Shown in pieces: positions 33,702 to 35,605 of a stretch of DNA of 35,605 nucleotides. Below the pieces are notes generated by a model. It saw only the letters and a program-made list of their open reading frames with translations. It was not told the DNA's origin and made no database searches. The stretch is taken from positions 1-35,605 of the forward strand of contig JAWVGD010000087.1 in NCBI GenBank assembly GCA_033855515.1. The letters run 5' to 3'. The translations under genes and the position numbers were made by a program. The stretch is from Baekduia sp. GTDB taxonomy: Bacteria; Actinomycetota; Thermoleophilia; Solirubrobacterales; Solirubrobacteraceae. The number at the start of each line of letters is the position of its first letter. Within the stretch, counting starts at the first letter, position 1.

Positions 33702-34706
33702 TCAGGACGGCGCTGTGACGGCCGCGGGAACGGGCGTCGCGGCGCCGCGCTCGGCCGAGGCGTACAGGGCCTCGATCGTGCGCGCCTGCCCTTCGGAGTC
33801 GGTGCGTTCGGGCACCGGCGGCCGCTCACCCCGGACGGCGGCCTCGAAGGCCTGGAGCTCCAAGGCATAGTGGTTGACACGTTCGACCTCGATCCGCTCG
33901 ACGCCGTCGCCGCCGCCACGGTCGATCTCGATGACGGGCGCGCGTGCGTGCCACGGGTCGGTCAGGCGCAGGATCCCGGCGTCGCCGACCGCCTCCAGGA
34001 CGTCCTCCTCGGCGAGGATGAACCCGCAGTCGATGCTCGCCAGGACGTCCCCGGGGAAGCGCAGCAGGCCGGCGAGCACCTCGTCGACGTCCTCGCCGCC
34101 GGCGATCCGCATGGCGTGCACGGCCTCAGGCTCGGCGCCGGCGAGCGCGCGCACGCCGCTGACGCAATAGCAGCCGACGTCCATCAGCGCGCCGCCCTCG
34201 AGGTCGCGCCGCAGCCGCGGGTCGACCGCGGCGCGGTCGGTGGGGGAGATGGGGCCCGAGAAGCGCGCGCGCAGGAGGGAGACGCGGCCGACCGCGCCGT
34301 CGGCCAGGAGCTGCTGGGCCCGGGCGACCTGCGGGTGGTGGCGCCACATGAACCCCTCGACCAGGAGCCGGCCGGCGCGCTGCGCGGCGTCGAACGCGGC
34401 GCGCACTGCGTCGGCGCTGCGCGACAACGGCTTCTCGCACAGCACGTGCTTTCCGGCCTCCAGCGCGCGGATGCTCCACGGGACGTGCATCCCGTTGGGC
34501 AGCGAGATGTACACCGCGTCGATGTCCGGATCGGCGAGCAGCGCCTCGTAGGAGCCGAAGGCGCGCGGCAGGCCCCTGGCCTTCGCGTAGGCCTCGGCGC
34601 GCTCGCTGCTGCGCGAGGCGACCGCGACGACATCGGCGGCACCGGCGCCCAGCAGCGCATCGTTGATGCGTGCGGTCGACAGGACCCCCCAGCGCAGGCC
34701 GGACAT
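33702..34706 (-). CDS. Gfo/Idh/MocA-family oxidoreductase
   Basis: LRWGVLSTARI, DAVYISLPNGMH, AGKHVLCEKP, EGFMWRHHPQ, GGALMDVGCY. Confidence 0.94.
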   Translation of the reverse strand: MSGLRWGVLSTARINDALLGAGAADVVAVASRSSERAEAYAKARGLPRAFGSYEALLADPDIDAVYISLPNGMHVPWSIRALEAGKHVLCEKPLSRSADAVRAAFDAAQRAGRLLVEGFMWRHHPQVARAQQLLADGAVGRVSLLRARFSGPISPTDRAAVDPRLRRDLEGGALMDVGCYCVSGVRALAGAEPEAVHAMRIAGGEDVDEVLAGLLRFPGDVLASIDCGFILAEEDVLEAVGDAGILRLTDPWHARAPVIEIDRGGGDGVERIEVERVNHYALELQAFEAAVRGERPPVPERTDSEGQARTIEALYASAERGAATPVPAAVTAPS

Positions 34707-34847
34707 GGGGGCGAGCGTAGCGTGGCCACCTCCTTGTCATCGCCGACGATTCAGCGCCACACACCACCGGCCACGCGCCGCGCTGAACACCACGGGCGCC
34801 GGCGCCCCCGCCGCACCGCCCACCGTCCTCCTACAGTTCACCGCGCC

Positions 34848-35605
34848 ATGACGATGACCGAGGACCAGCCCGCGGCAACCGCCGCAGGCATCGACCCCGA
34901 GCGCCTGGAGGACTGCCTGCGGGTCCTCGCCGAGGTCGGTGAGCTGCCGACCGGGCATCCCGACTCGATCGCCGTCCAGCGCGCGACCGGTGGGCTCTTC
35001 AAGGCCGTCAAGCGCCTCCGCAAGGCCGAGCGCCGCGCCGCCGAGCTGGCCAACGACCTCGCCGTGACCGCCGCGACGGCGACCGGCGCGCCCGGCCGCA
35101 TCGACGACGAGACCCAGGGGCTGCCGCTCGTCTCCAGCGCACGCGGGGCGACCGCCGGCACCCTCGTCAAGCCGCGCGCCTGCTACGTCTGCAAGGCCCG
35201 CTACGTCGAGGTCGACGCCTTCTACCACCAGCTGTGCCCGACCTGCGCGGCCCGCCACCATGAGCGTCGCGACGCCCGCACCGACCTCACCGGCCGCCGC
35301 GCGCTCCTCACCGGCGGCCGCGCCAAGATCGGCATGTACATCGCCTTGCGCCTCCTGCGCGACGGTGCTCACACCACGATCACCACGCGCTTCCCGCGCG
35401 ACGCCGTACGCCGCTTCGCCGCCATGCCCGACAGCGCGCAGTGGCTGGACCGCCTGCGCATCGTCGGCGTCGACCTCCGCGACCCGGCCCAGGTCGTGGC
35501 GCTGGCCGACTCGGTCGCTGCGCAGGGGCCGCTGGACATCCTCATCAACAACGCCGCGCAGACCGTGCGCCGCTCGCCCGGCGCCTACGCGCCGCTGACC
35601 GACGC
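34848..35605 (+). CDS. Atypical SDR with N-terminal CxxC...CxxC zinc ribbon (3' end outside window; not in ORF track)
   Basis: Manual translation: MTMTEDQP...PRACYVCKARY...FYHQLCPTCA...DLTGRRALLTGGRAKIGMYIALRLLRDGA...TTRFPRDA...VDLRDP...LDILINNAAQT. Open to the window end. Confidence 0.88.
   Translation, partial: MTMTEDQPAATAAGIDPERLEDCLRVLAEVGELPTGHPDSIAVQRATGGLFKAVKRLRKAERRAAELANDLAVTAATATGAPGRIDDETQGLPLVSSARGATAGTLVKPRACYVCKARYVEVDAFYHQLCPTCAARHHERRDARTDLTGRRALLTGGRAKIGMYIALRLLRDGAHTTITTRFPRDAVRRFAAMPDSAQWLDRLRIVGVDLRDPAQVVALADSVAAQGPLDILINNAAQTVRRSPGAYAPLTD

Noticed and set aside
34727-34788. Perfect SD-like AAGGAGGTG on the minus strand and a TTCAGCGC...GCGCTGAA inverted repeat between divergent genes
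   Set aside because: The SD is about 20 nt from the Gfo/Idh ATG and lies upstream of the likely -10, and no credible small ORF follows it. The 8-bp repeat with a 22-nt loop could be an operator but has no other support.
1-35605. Prophage, integrase, transposase, defence island or secondary-metabolite cluster (prompted by the P450, SnoaL, SRPBCC and folE genes)
   Set aside because: No such core genes are present: no PKS/NRPS, que/dpd genes or recombinase. The candidate tailoring genes are scattered across separate transcription units.

Overview
This is a very GC-rich window, probably from an actinobacterium; a Thermoleophilia/Solirubrobacterales-like source is my impression from gene content, not something I verified. 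It holds about 39 compact CDSs. In order: a partial OmpR-type response regulator plus histidine kinase; an LLM (probably F420-dependent) oxidoreductase paired with a PNPOx-like protein; a receiver protein plus PAS kinase; a protocatechuate/beta-ketoadipate cluster (pcaI-J-H-G-B-C-R, divergent pobA, and a vanillin-dehydrogenase-like ALDH) that lacks pcaD and pcaF; MBL-fold and SnoaL proteins; a frameshifted gene relic; an SDR-P450 pair; folE; a TetR-led operon (peptide-type ABC importer, amidase, amidohydrolase); an alpha/beta hydrolase; a secreted protein; an orphan PIN protein; an MFS transporter; a second PNPOx-like protein; a DeaD-like helicase; SRPBCC; OsmC; Gfo/Idh/MocA; and a truncated zinc-ribbon SDR missing from the ORF track. 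I saw no rRNA, tRNA, CRISPR array or transposase. The strongest unexplained signal is a 90-bp twin-hairpin element present twice in opposite orientation (1688-1777, 11243-11332). Each copy starts at a TAG stop codon between convergent genes, and the two copies differ by fully compensatory stem substitutions. A related twin hairpin with the same loop core lies inside the ABC operon (23404-23470). Other notable signals are paired PcaR-type operators at two promoters, a four-half-site TetR operator, and several probable leaderless genes. All calls come from reading motifs by eye; no database searches were run.
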